Notes under the pieces: generated by a model
Told to the model about the DNA's origin: nothing
Seen by the model: the letters and a program-made list of their open reading frames with translations, nothing else
Database searches by the model: none
Program-made: the position numbers and the translations under genes
Shown here: positions 12,745 through 24,942 of the stretch, one piece after another
How positions within the stretch are numbered: the first letter of the stretch is position 1
How the letters are laid out: each line of letters opens with the position of its first letter
NCBI GenBank assembly: GCA_951406725.2
Contig: OX597814.1
Coordinates: forward strand, 182,280,001-182,344,000
Reading direction: 5' to 3'
DNA length: 64,000 bases
Source of the DNA: Octopus vulgaris
Taxonomy: Eukaryota

Positions 12745-14234
12745 TTAATACACTTACATACGCACGCACACACAGATATATGCAATGCTTATACACTTAA
12801 AAGCTCGCACGTGTATGTATTACTCTGTTACAGTTTAGGCCCCTCTCAGTCCTGATCGACCTAAGTTATGATTCAAGACACTGAAGGCGCGAACATCTCG
12901 ATTTTCATTTTATTTTTCAAGGCGTAGTGCAGCAGCACTGGGTAACAGCTATTACCCAGTGTACCCTTCCCTTTTTAATACAGTAGAATGTGATGAAAGA
13001 GATCTGTGTGCTATTTCTAGCAGATTGATCGATCACGTGAAGCCTTATACGTTGGTTAGTCGTTATTTCTGTGTATATATATATATGTGTGCATACATTT
13101 ATAGAGCTGAACCCCACGATCGATTTGCTCATTAGGGCATCATTTGCTGATTTTATCCTTAAGCGGCGTAAATCAGCTGGCAACTCATCATTGCTAGCTA
13201 ATGAAATGCTTGTCAGTTTCCCTAATGTATCTATACACAACTTGTTTATTTATAAGCTGTAGCAAGACCACGATAGTTATGTAATTCATGTCCATGGACG
13301 ACATGCATTTCCATGGTGGGACGTGAGCCAACACCCTACTCAGACAAGTACATACAAAACTATGGGCTAGTTATATTATGAATGTAGATACACTAACGTA
13401 AAATGTTGACTTATTATTGTAAATAACCGAATGTAAATCATTGCCCTTGTTATTGTGATTATTTATTTCGTTTGTTACCTTGGTCCGTGGCGATTTGTAA
13501 ACCAGGCGAGTGACCCGATTTAAGTAACCAATCTAGATCTCTTCATTCAGTTTTGATAATGATCTCGGTGAAGACAACCTTCGCTCAAACCCCTTTCTCA
13601 TTTCCTATTAAAATTTTTTTTAAAATAAAAAATAAAATAATGATGTACAGGAAACCAATAATTAAATATGTATATTAAAAATGATATGCTTCTTTAATTT
13701 TTCTTTAATTACTAAACATTTGATACACTTAATTTACAAATTAACATGCCGTAATTCGTTGAGAAAACATAATTTACAAAACTGGAAAATGGAGAGAAAA
13801 AATGTAAAATGGAAATTAATAATTAAATTATTAAAACAGAGACGCACACATTCCTTCAATTATGTACCGCGCTAGGGGAAACTGGTATTACTCCCTAAAA
13901 ATTTTAAGACTCTCCAAAACAATTGCTGTATTACAGCTGTTGATTGCATGATTGGGGCACAGTTTCGAGTTTTAACTGGCTTATGTGAATTTACCATCCC
14001 CAAATATACTAACCTTAAAAATATCAGTAGCATATTGAAAATATTCTCTATTCTCCCTTTATACTCTAGAAACTAGAAATATAATTATTTAGGGCAAGTT
14101 GGAATAATTTCAGAAAATAACTGCACGCCGCATTCCCTTTTTCTAGATTTTTATTTTTCTCGCCAGGAACTTCAGAGTTACGACTTAAAAAATATAAACC
14201 AGCCTCTTAGATTCAATAACAACAAAAATATAAT

Positions 14235-14392
14235 TCTTTTCTATTATAAGCATAAGGCCTGAAATTTCGTGGGACGAGGTTAGTCGAATTCATCGACTTG
14301 ACTGGTTCTTATTTCATCGGCCCCGAAAGAATGAAAGGCCAAGTCGATCTCGGCGGAATTTGAACTCAGAACATAAAGAGTCGGAAGAAATG
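14235..14392 (-). mobile_element. family B SINE fragment
   Basis: aaggcctgaaattt...ccccgaaagaatgaaaggccaagtcgatctcggcggaatttgaactcag. Confidence 0.75.
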
Positions 14393-15389
14393 AATAATAA
14401 CTTTAATAATATACTACTCTACATATGGGATATTTTTCTTGTCAGTCTACTGGAAGCCGTAGACTGTTAACATCTAGAATTAATTTGCCATTGATGTTTA
14501 TTTTTCTTTGGTTATTAGCCCTAACTCAGCTTTGACTGAGCACACCTATAACCAAAATCATTTCAGCCATGACTACCCGTCTTTTTTATATACCAAGGAC
14601 TACATTACCTCTATTTTCTATTTTTAAGACCGTAGGGTGTGATTTGCGGGAGATTTGGCTGCAGATCGTATAACCCTATTGGCTTGATTTTTCAATCGTC
14701 AACCAATGTTTATAGGCATTTGTTTAACTGACTGTGTAAACTGGAACCATTGTGAAAGTAAAGAATATAGAATAAAATCTAATGAAATAAAAAGCATTTA
14801 ATATTGCGGAATATAGTACATTGTGATAGTTCTCTACTGTTATTGGCTCTCATCGGTTTAAACCAGAGATGGCCCCGTTATTATCAAATTATTAAAAGGG
14901 TTTTTCTTCGTCTGATTTTTTAAAAATCGGCATGACCGCAACCCATATAATGTGAGTAATATTTTTTCTTCTAGTCGTTGTGCTTGGAATTAGAACATGC
15001 ATGTTACTACAAAATTGTTCGTAACAATAAGTATATTTTATTTGTCTGAAGGTAAATAAAATAATAATTAAAAAACGCTTTATACACACTCATATTCATA
15101 CTTCTCTTGCGCATATAAAGCAGCATACACGGCCGTATACGTATACATGTGTGCGTTTTTTATATACATAGATACACTGTCATCACCATCACCACCACCA
15201 CCACCACCAACACCACCACTACCACCATCATCATCATCATCACCAACATAAGCATTTTTTTCTTCCATTCTGGCAATTCGTTTTAATTGCGACTTGCTTC
15301 AGCTCCCTCTTGTCTGGAAGCCTAATTATCCTTCAATTTAATCATACCACTTTCCGCGAATATACACACGCATACATATATACATACAT

Positions 15390-15842
15390 GCATGTATTTC
15401 TGTATGCATGCATGCATGTATGTATGCGTGTATGTATGTATGTATGTATGTATGTATGTATGTATGTATGTATGTATGTATGTATGTATGTATGTATGTA
15501 TGTATGTATGCATGCATGCATGCATGCATGTATGTATGTATGTATGTATGTATGTATGTATGTATGTATATAGGTAAGTAAGTAGGTAGGTAGGAAGGTA
15601 CGTACGTATGTATGTATGTATGCATATAGGTAGGTAGGTAGGAAGGTACGTACGTACGTATGTATGCATACATGCATGCATGTATGTATGTATGTATGTA
15701 TGTATGCATGAATGTATGTATGTAGGTAGGAAAGTAGGTAGGACGCTACGTACGTACGTATGTATGTATGTATGTTAGTAGGAAGATACGTACGTATGTA
15801 TGTGTATATATATAAATATGTGTGTGTGTGTGTGTGTGTGTG
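15390..15842. repeat. (TATG)n/(TAGG)n/(TG)n compound microsatellite
   Basis: Direct reading. Confidence 0.95.
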
Positions 15843-16242
15843 AAAAGCGTATACGGCATAACAGAGTTAGAAGTAAACCACAGAAAATACAATATGGAAT
15901 TTGGTTACGTCCCTTTACATGTTCAGTTCAAATAACCACCCAGTTTTTATGCTTATCATCGTTCCGAGATTTAAAAGACGAGCAAGAGTTGATGAAATCT
16001 GGCATGTTTTTGAACGCGATTCCCCATCACGATTGCAATACAATGACCGAAATGTGTACACACACACACATACAGGGGGATTAATGTCAGCTGGTAAATG
16101 AGAGAGGGTGAGCGATGGGCAGCTTTAGAAAATGTCAGTGATGCAAAAAGTGAGGGGTGGCTTAGTGCAGTGAATAGGAGTGGAAATGAGAATGATAGAT
16201 GAAAAGATCGAGTGTAAAAGAGGTGCAGCAGATAGACACTTC

Positions 16243-16384
16243 ATGTTGGGGAACAAATGATAGTCAGATGGGGCCAAATCAGGAAAATAGGGAGGCTGAT
16301 CAACCAGTTTAAAGCCATAGTCATGCACAGCAGCCACTGAAACCAACGACCCGAGTGCTGGAGCATTGTATTGATAAAACAAGG
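16243..16384 (-). pseudogene. mariner transposase fragment, inverted copy of about 17273-17417
   Basis: FYQYNAPA...PPYFPDLAPSDYHLFPNMK; flanked by 56-bp direct repeats 16187-16242 and 16388-16443. Confidence 0.85.
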
Positions 16385-16582
16385 TTTATGAGAATGATAG
16401 ATGAAAAGATCGAGTGTAAAAGAGGTGCAGCAGATAGACACTTAACAGGTACAAAATGAGCGAAAGGTCCAAAAACACACACACACACACATTTTTCATT
16501 TTTTATCTTTTACTTGTCTCAGTCATCAGACTGCGGCCAGCTAGGGGAACCGTCTTAGAGAATTTTTTCATCGAATGTATTC

Positions 16583-16997
16583 TATTTCTTTACTCCCCAC
16601 AAGGGGCTAAACACAGAGAGGACAAACAAGGACAGATAAACGGATTAAGGCGATTATATCGACCCCAGTGCATAACTGGTACTTATTTAATCGAACCCGA
16701 AAGGATGAAAGGCAAAGTCGACCTCAGCGGAATTTGAACTCAGAACGTAACGGCAGACGAAATACCTATTTCTTTACTACCCACAAGGGGCTAAACACAG
16801 AGGGGACAAACAAGGACAGACAAAGGGATTAAGTCGATTATATCGACTCCAGTGCGTAACTGGTACTTATTTAATCGACCCCGAAAGGATGAAAGGCAAA
16901 GTCGACCTCAGCGGAATTTGAACTCAGAACGTAACGGCAGACGATATATGGGTACGCATTTCGCCATGCGTGCTAGCTTTTCTGCCAGCTCGCCGCC
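16583..16997 (-). mobile_element. dimeric family B SINE with 20-bp TSD, nested in a family A SINE (16495-17260)
   Basis: TSD ttttttcatcgaatgtattc at 16563-16582 and 16998-17017; internal ~180-bp duplication. Confidence 0.85.
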
Positions 16998-17269
16998 TTT
17001 TTTCATCGAATGTATTCACCCCAGTACTTATTCTATCGATCACTATTACCGAGCCGCCAAGTCACAGGGACGTAAAAACACCTGCACTGTTGTTAAACAG
17101 TGGTGGAGGTGGACACACACACATACACACACGATGGATTATTTTCAGTTTCCATCTATCAAATCCACTCACAAGGCTTTGGTCGGCCTGAGTCTTATAG
17201 TAGAAGAAACTTGCCCAAGGTGCCACACAGTGGGATTGAAGCCTGAACAATGTGGGAAACAGACAAAAT

Positions 17270-17638
17270 AGATCTTGTTTTATCAAGACAATGCTCCAGC
17301 ACACGGGTTGTTGGTTTCAGTGGCTGCTGTGCATGACTATGGCTTTAAACTGGTTGATCAGCCTCCCTATTTTCCTGATTTGGCCCCATCTGACTATCAT
17401 TTGTTCCCCAACATGAAATGAGAACCAGTATCACAGTGATGATGACGTAATATCTACTGCTGATGACTTTTTGACCAGCAAGATTAAAGCTTCTTCAACA
17501 ATGGGATCTAAGTGCTGTGACACTAACGGAAGAAGTGTGTGAACCACAAGGTGCACTATGTTGAAAGTTAAACCTCATTTAATCACATTCCATGAGGGTG
17601 TCTTGATCAGCCTATGAACTTTTCAGCTGACCCTTGTA
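17270..17638 (+). mobile_element. mariner (DD34D) 3' remnant with TIR
   Basis: LFYQDNAPAH, YFPDLAPSDYHLFPNMK, KKCVNHKVHYVE; ends ttttcagctgacccttgTA. Confidence 0.85.
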
Positions 17639-17687
17639 ACAATTTACTAAATTTGCAATTTGGACAATTAATTCTTTACATAAAAAG

Positions 17688-18252
17688 CACGACCTTCGAA
17701 CATTAAAACTCACCGAGGCAATGACTAGTGACCGAGACCTTTGGAAGTATGCTGTGCATGAGAGGACCTGGCAGGACAAGTGAGGCCATAACCTGTGGCC
17801 TCTACCTGGGATGTAGCCAGCCCACTTATGCATACCTTTCCTTTTTGGGACACAAAACTCTGCTTGCGAAGACCTGTTGAGGCAAGTGAAATCGGAATTG
17901 AAATCGAAATCGCTCAAAAATCAATGGAAATTGTAGTTGTGATACCAGTGCTGGTGGCACGTTAAAGAACCATCCAAACGTGGCCGTTACCAGTGCCGCC
18001 CGACTGGCCTCCATGCCGGTGGCATGTAAAAAGCACCAACCGATCGTGGCCGTTGCCAACCTCGCCTGGCACGTAAAAAGCACCCACTACACTCATGGAG
18101 TGGTTGGCATTAGGAAGGGCATCCAGCTGTAGAAACACTGTCAGATCAGACTGGGCCTGGTGCAGCCTCCTGGCTTCCCAGATCCCAGTCGAACCGTCCA
18201 ACCCATGCTAGCATGGAAAGTGGACGTTAAACGATGATGATGATGATGATGA
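17688..18252 (+). mobile_element. 5'-truncated RTE LINE (ORF2 C-terminus, 3' UTR, (GAT)n)
   Basis: HDLRTLKLTEAMTSDRDLWKYAVHERTWQDK* followed by a repeat-rich UTR and acgttaaacgatgatg. Confidence 0.85.
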
Positions 18253-18611
18253 TAAAAAAATAGGATCCGTCAGTTAGAGAAAACTTTGAAACAGGATCAA
18301 TTACTATTGATTCTAAGAATTAAATGGAAATGTCTTTAAATGTTTTCATTAATCCTTCATCTGTAAAATTAAATTTCATGGTTATTCCAGTAATCGTGAT
18401 AAATATCTACCAAAAATTAGAATTGGTATTTTCTGCAATCATGTTGCCTCAATTAACTTGACACATCTTATTAGATAATTGTTTCAATCAAAAAAAAGAT
18501 AGTGCATAAAGCTGCTTTCCACAATTAAGGATGATATAATTTTGAGTGGATATATCTGCTTCCCATGGGGGAAGGGTTAATCTTTGTTTCAAATTACCAC
18601 CACAAACATAT

Positions 18612-18830
18612 ACTCTCTATACTCTCTTTTACTTGTTTCAGTAATTTGACTGTGGCCATGCTGGAGCACCACCTTTAGTCGAGCAAATAGACCCCAGGGC
18701 TAATTCTTTGTAAGCCTAGTACTTATTCTATCAGTCTCTTTTGTTGCACTGCTAATTTACGGGGACATAAACACACCAGCATCAGTTGTCAAGCAATGTT
18801 GGGAGGACAAACACAGACACACAAATACAT

Positions 18831-18861
<31 letters not shown>

Positions 18862-19041
18862 CACATACATATATATGATGGGCTTCTTTCATTTTCCGTC
18901 TGCCAAATCCACTCACAAGGCTTTGGTCGGCACGAGGCTATAGTAGAAGACACTTGCCCGAGGTGCCATGCAGTGGGACTGAACCCGGAACCATGTGGTT
19001 CGTAAGCAAGTTACTTACCACACACCCACTCCTACGCCTAT
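18612..19041 (-). mobile_element. family A SINE, full length
   Basis: Head ggcgtaggagtgg, CORE-like motif, tail. Confidence 0.85.
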
Positions 19042-19303
19042 GACAAAGATAAAAAGCAACAGCTGCAGAAATAAATAATATAAGAAAAAACGTCATTTAC
19101 CCTTAGATTGTAGTTTTAATTAGTTGCTATTGCAAACATTTGTTAATTAGCAACTTAATAGTCTTCCTATTAAAGAGTTTACATATGTTTCTAAGTATGT
19201 ATGTATGTATGTATGGACATACACGGATGTATGCATGTATGTGTGTGTGTGCGTATGTGTGTGTGTGCATGTGTGTATGATGTACATATATGTATGTATG
19301 TAT

Positions 19304-19520
19304 GTGGGTGAGGGCTGAAAGTTCCCGATTTTAAGAGTATCACAAAAGGCCTGGTTTAAGGCTCAACCTTCTGAGTTCTTTTCCAGGGCTTAGAAAATCT
19401 GAAGGGCCTGTGCAAGGAGTGTGTGAATCTGAGAGGGGAATATGTTAAATAAAATCATAATTAACTGATCCTCCTGTATTTTCTTGTGCCCAAAGCCAGG
19501 AACTTGTCAGCATACACACA
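19304..19520 (+). mobile_element. non-autonomous mariner derivative
   Basis: TIR-like gctgaaagttcccg / ccaggaacttgtcagc; transposase C-terminal remnant ...CVNLRGEYVK*. Confidence 0.6.
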
Positions 19521-19610
19521 TATATATGTGTGTATATCTATCTATTTGTCTGTCTGTCTGTCTATCTATCTATCCATGCATAGATAGATAGATATATATA
19601 TGTATGTGTG

Positions 19611-20140
19611 TGTTGGGCCTCATGGAGGCAAAGTGGCCAAATTCCTCTCAAGTGTTGGGCTTGACAGAGACAAAGTTACTGAGTTCTTCTCAAATGTTGG
19701 GCCTCATTGAGGCAAAGTGACTGAGTTCCGCTTGAGTGTTAGACCTCACAGAGGCAAGGTGGTTGAGTTCCTTCTGAGTGTTAGGCCTCACAGAGGCAAT
19801 AACCAAGACCTTTGGCATTATGTCGTGCTTGAGAAGAAGACCCATCAAGCTGAGCAAAATTACAGTTGTGGCAGATACCAGTGTCACGCAAATTGGCACC
19901 TGTGCTGGTCACACATAAATGCACCCTGGTGTCACAGAAATGACACCTGTGCCGGTGGAACTTAAAAGCACCCATTACGTCTCAGAGTAGTTGGCATTAG
20001 GAAGGGCATCCAGCCATAGAAAACCATGCCAAATCAGACTGGAGTCTGGTGCATCCATCAAGTGTGCCACCCCAGTCAAACCGTCAAATCCATGCCAGCA
20101 TGGACAACATATGTTAAATGATGATTATGATGACGATGAT
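19611..20140 (+). mobile_element. RTE 3' fragment headed by a 42-bp tandem array x5
   Basis: Units tgtt(g/a)ggcctca..gaggca at 19611, 19653, 19695, 19737 and 19779, running into the RTE tail. Confidence 0.8.
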
Positions 20141-20501
20141 GATATATGTATGTACATACATACATACATACATACATAAAGATAAATTTCCACATTAGGT
20201 TTTTCTAACCAGCAGAGTTGAAAGGGTCAAAATTTAGATTATTTTTGGGAATACTAACACCACATGTATGAAAAATTTTGATTGGACTTGTACTTAGTTC
20301 AGATGGAATCTGAAATGCAGTTAAATGTGCCCTGATGAAGCAGCATCAGTAATAAACAACAAAATGCACATCAAGATGCAAAATATGCAGTGTGCACTGA
20401 CTTGCAGCAGAAACATATAAAGTACTGAAATGGAAATATGTGATTAACTGCATAATAAAACCTGGATATATAAATCTTTGTTTTCCTTAATTATATATAT
20501 A

Positions 20502-20910
20502 GGCACAGGAGTGGCTGTGTGGTAAGTAGCTTGCTTACCAACCACATGGTTCCGGGTTCATTCCCAATTCATGGCACCTTGGGCAAGTATCTTCTGCTAT
20601 AGCCTCAGGCCAACCAAAGCCTTGTGAGTGGATTTGGTAGACGGAAACTGAAAGAAGCCCGTCGTATATGTGTATATATATATGTATGTGTGTGTATATG
20701 TTTGTGTGTTTGTGTTTGTTCCCCCAACGTCGCTCAACAGATGATGGTGGTATGTTTACGTCCCTGTAACTTAGTGGTTCAGCAAGAGAGACCAATAGAA
20801 TAAGTACTAGGCTTACAAAGAATACATCCTGGGGTTGATTTGCTCGACTAAAGGCGGTGCTCCAGCATGGCCACAGTCAAATTAGTGAAACAAGTAAAAG
20901 AGAAAGAGTA
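20502..20910 (+). mobile_element. family A SINE, full length
   Basis: ggcacaggagtggctgtgtggtaag...aaacaagtaaaagag. Confidence 0.85.
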
Positions 20911-20911
20911 T

Positions 20912-22598
20912 ACTAGTTTGAGGAAAAAGTTTGTGTGCCGTGTTAAAATAATGATTTTTTTATGTAAGAATTTATTCAAAGACAACAACTATTCTTCAAA
21001 ATAAACACCATCATTTTCTACGACCTTCCACCAATGATCTGTGTACGCTTGTCTCCCACAAAATGACTGGTGAGGGGCTATCTGTAGTGTACACTTGAGT
21101 GAACTTCCTCTCCTCTCTATTATACATATACATACATACGGATGTAGTAGATAACAGCTAGTCTTTGGCCGCACTTTTGGACCCTGTTGCATCTACTGCT
21201 CTGATTGGTTGGTATTGGCACAATTTGTCTCTTGATCTATCACGCACCAATATGCAACCCAACCCATCGCAGACTTCAAGTAAGGTCATGTGTGACAGCC
21301 TGTTTTATACCCAACTTTGAGCCTACAACTCCTTATAAGAACTCCAGCTTCACATTGTCTTGAGGTCTTTGGTTCCAGATCTTTTAAGGTCTAGTCACTG
21401 ACCACACAAGACACAGCCAGTTCCAGCAACAACGCCAGACGCCCGGGTTCATCGCAGCACTGTTCGTGAATTACTTCACCCTGGATCAACAGCAAATATA
21501 CAACCTGTGAGCCAGACAACAACACCCCTCCAACAGCATTACGGCAATCTTTTTCTTCATCACTACCATCATCTTCTTAACGTTGTCAACAACACCATCT
21601 CTACATACATAGCTCAAGCAACACTGCACAGGTTCTAACATAATAATGTTCGTGAATTACTTCACCATGGTTAACAGCAAAATACAACCTGTGAGAACTC
21701 TTGTACTAAGTGACCCAGGCAGCAGCATCACAGTCACAATTTCACATACAACGTGTACCTCAACTGGCTCTGCATCGCACCCACAACTTCATGTATGATT
21801 TATACCTCAACCAGCTCTGCATCATCGCCACAACTTCTTGATACAGCATTTCAACTATCATGTACAATTGACTACGAACTTATCATTCTTGTGTCTATGA
21901 ACATTCTTCTAACTTCACATTATAGACTCATTCAATGCTCTGTACTTAACGCACACACATACATCCATGTCTATACACACACATTTTGCTCTCATAATGG
22001 TCTGTCTATTATTCTGTATACATGATGCACATACTGTCACAGATGTTAACATATCAATAAAGCTTCTCTTAAACATTCTACCTGGTTGTGTCTCTCTTTT
22101 CCCTCTGGCTCATATACGCATTATTCTTTTATATTTATTGTATCGACCGTGTGATGTACTAACGAGCCATTCTCGTCACTTCACTTTGCACGGTCATTAT
22201 GGTCGTTACAGATCTGCAAGCTTTCGGATTTGGTCAAAGTACCAATCCTTTGATTTTGAATTGAAAAATTCTTCACAGGCTTCTTCAACTTCATTGAATG
22301 ACTCAAATTGGTGACCTTTCATAAAGTACTGCATTGATCAGAAGAGACCGTAGTCAGCTGGAGCAACACCTGGACTATAGGCTGGATGCGGCAGAACTTC
22401 CACACTGTCCAATTCTTCAATCTTGTTACTGGTCTTTCTGACAGTATGCAGCTTTGCATTGTCTGGTTGAAACAAAGCACGTTTTCGACGACGAACACAG
22501 TGAGTCACCATTGAACATAACACGAACTGAATGAGTACACACACCACAAAAATATATTAAAAAAGCATTATTTTAACACTGCGCACAAACTTTTCAAA
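20912..22598 (-). mobile_element. internally deleted mariner, split by a solo LTR
   Basis: QPDNAKLHT...HPAYSPGVAPADYGLF and RKLAD|HWWKVVENDGVYFEE*; TIRs aaaagtttgtgtgccgtgttaaaataatg and its reverse complement at about 22565-22594. Confidence 0.85.
21040..22210 (+). mobile_element. solo LTR (Gypsy-like)
   Basis: TG...CA termini, 4-bp TSD gatc (21036-21039 / 22211-22214), CCAAT-, TATA- and AATAAA-like motifs; related to 46988-47951. Confidence 0.8.
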
Positions 22599-22771
22599 TT
22601 TATAGAAAACGAAAGGTGAAAGAACGACAAGCAGGTGGATTAGTTTAACACTTGGGAAGAATGGAAAAAGTCTTTGATGTTTCGAGTTAATGCTCTTCGA
22701 CAGAAAGCATTGAGAGATAAAAAAAGATGGAGAGGAAAAAATTGTGTAGGGATTAATGGTTCAACATGATG

Positions 22772-22808
<37 letters not shown>

Positions 22809-23433
22809 GAGAGAGAGAGAAAAAGAGAGAGAGAGAAACACACATGCATACATATATATGTGTGTGTGTAGCATGGAAGGCAGATGTTAAACAATAATGA
22901 TGAGGATGATATATCTATGTATGTATGTATGTATGTATTGTATGCATGTATGTATGTATGTATGTATGTATGTATGTATGTATGTATGTATGTATGTATG
23001 TATGTATGTATGTATGTATGTATGTATGTATGTATGTATACTTTTTCATATAAATATGGGTTAATAAGACACCTTAACAAATTCACATGTTTACATATAA
23101 ATTACTGTAGCAAATTATTTTATAGCTTGCTCTTAGTACTAATAACTGACTCATCTATTAACCATTAATGGTGCATATTTTTAGTTCAGTTAATTCAGCA
23201 ATGTACACTGCTTAAAATAATGGGCCATTTTTGCCAGTGTATAGAATGCACTTTCTCATAAGAAAAATCCCTGCTTTTTCATGAGAAAGAAGTATATTTT
23301 GTGGAAAAAACAAATTTAATATGTTTGATCATAAAATCATGCACTTGGTATTCCATCTATTATAGAATCACATTAGATGCATGGCAATGGTTTGTTACAT
23401 TAAAAAAAAAACAGTGCATCTCATACACTCCTA

Positions 23434-23821
23434 GGCGTAGGAGTGGCTGTGTGGTAAGTAGCTTGCTTACCGACCACATGGTTCAGGGTTCAATCCCACT
23501 ACGTGGCACCTTGGGCAAGTGTCTTCTACTATAGCCTCGAGCTGACCAAAGCCTTGTGAGTGGATTTAGTAGATGGAAACTGAAAGAAGCACGTCGTATA
23601 TATGTATATATATGTATGTGTGTGTTTGTCCTCCCAACATCACTTGACAACCAATGCTGGTGTGTTTACATCCCCGTAACTTAGCGGTTCGGTAAAAGAG
23701 ACCTATAGAATAAGTACTAGGCTTACAAAGAATAAGTCCTGGGGTTGATTTGCTTGACTAAAGGTGGTGCTCCAGCATGACCACAGTCAAATGACTGAAA
23801 CAATTAAAAGAGTAAAAGAGT
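23434..23821 (+). mobile_element. family A SINE, full length
   Basis: Head, core and tail all present. Confidence 0.85.
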
Positions 23822-23830
23822 ATTCGCATA

Positions 23831-24942
23831 TGAGGTAGTATCAAAAGGTCCTGGACTTGTTATGTCTAATAAGGAATAACTTATTTACCTAAGTTTTAGC
23901 ATCATCTCTTTCGAAATAGTCGCCTTGTGCAGCAAACACCAATCCTAGCATTCCTGGCATTTTTGGAATCTAGCCTGGAGGTAATTTTCTGGGAAGACTA
24001 GAAAAGTCTTTGATGTTTTGAACCAATGCAAAGTGAATTGAGGCTTCTCGACAACAGTGATAAAACAGAGACCTTTGAGTTGCATTTTCCTCTTGGAGAA
24101 GAGATGGAAGTCTGCAGGTGCTAAATCTGGTGAATAGGGTGAGTGTGGAAGTGTTACCTTGTTTTTGGCGAGAAGCTCATGAGTGAGGACAACTTGGTGA
24201 AGAATCCAATTCTTTGTGCTCCAAATATGTGGTCACTTTTACTGCATGTCCTCCCTCAAAAGTATCAAAACATCACAGTAGAACTCTTGATTAATGGTCT
24301 GGCCCTGGGGGATGAATTCTCAATGCATAATACCACATTTCTCGTGTTGACACTTGTGGTAGGTCTTTCATATCACTCATCATCTTCCAGGAATGTTCTT
24401 CTGCTTCTGAAGTGCCCATGGCACTTGAAATATTGTGTAAAACCTATTGCCTCATCACTGTAAGCTTGCCAAAGCATGCTTAACCCTTTCATTACTGAAT
24501 TTATTTTGAGATGCTCTGTGGTTTTTTCAATTATTTTAAATATAACAAAGAATTTAGTAAAATAACTTAGTTTACAATAAATTAATGTTAGGAACATAAA
24601 TTGTGACTAAGGTTTACTGGAAGATTTTAATTCAAAACTTATGAAAACAAGTACTACAGAGCCAAAGGCGGTTTCAGCCAGGTTGGTATCAAAAGGGTTA
24701 ATATCTCAGTAACAGACCCCACTAGTTTAACACAAAATTGCACATTGGTTCTTTGTTCTGGTCCATGAGAAAATTGCAGGCTACAGTATACATGTGATCA
24801 CAAAAACACAAATTTCACAACTTGCAAAGTAAGCACACTGTCTCATGAAGGTCACTGTTTGCTCTCACTGTGCACACAGTCATGTGTTGCCATCGGTTGG
24901 CACACAACAGAACTAGTCCAGGAACTTTTTGATACCATCCTG
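23831..24942. mobile_element. degenerate mariner element
   Basis: TIRs tgaggtagtatcaaaaggtcctggact / agtccaggaactttttgataccatcctg. Confidence 0.65.
24484..24697. mobile_element. piggyBac-type MITE nested in mariner
   Basis: TTAA-CCCTTT...AAAGGG-TTAA; inverse copy at 42920-43140. Confidence 0.85.

Noticed and set aside
13479-13604. Minus-strand exon candidate (tag...caag|gtaac)
   Set aside because: Stops in all three frames and an A-rich, weak acceptor; a UTR exon cannot be excluded
19611-19820. CRISPR-like periodicity (also 5692-5815 and 8060-8440)
   Set aside because: The supposed spacers are homologous to each other or are (TA)n; no cas genes; eukaryotic repeat context
20330-20425. CTGATGA...GAAACATAT hammerhead-like spacing
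   Set aside because: No UH cleavage triplet or stem I pairing; too degenerate to call
20502-20580. tRNA-like sequences at SINE 5' ends
   Set aside because: A/B boxes run directly into SINE bodies; no complete cloverleaf
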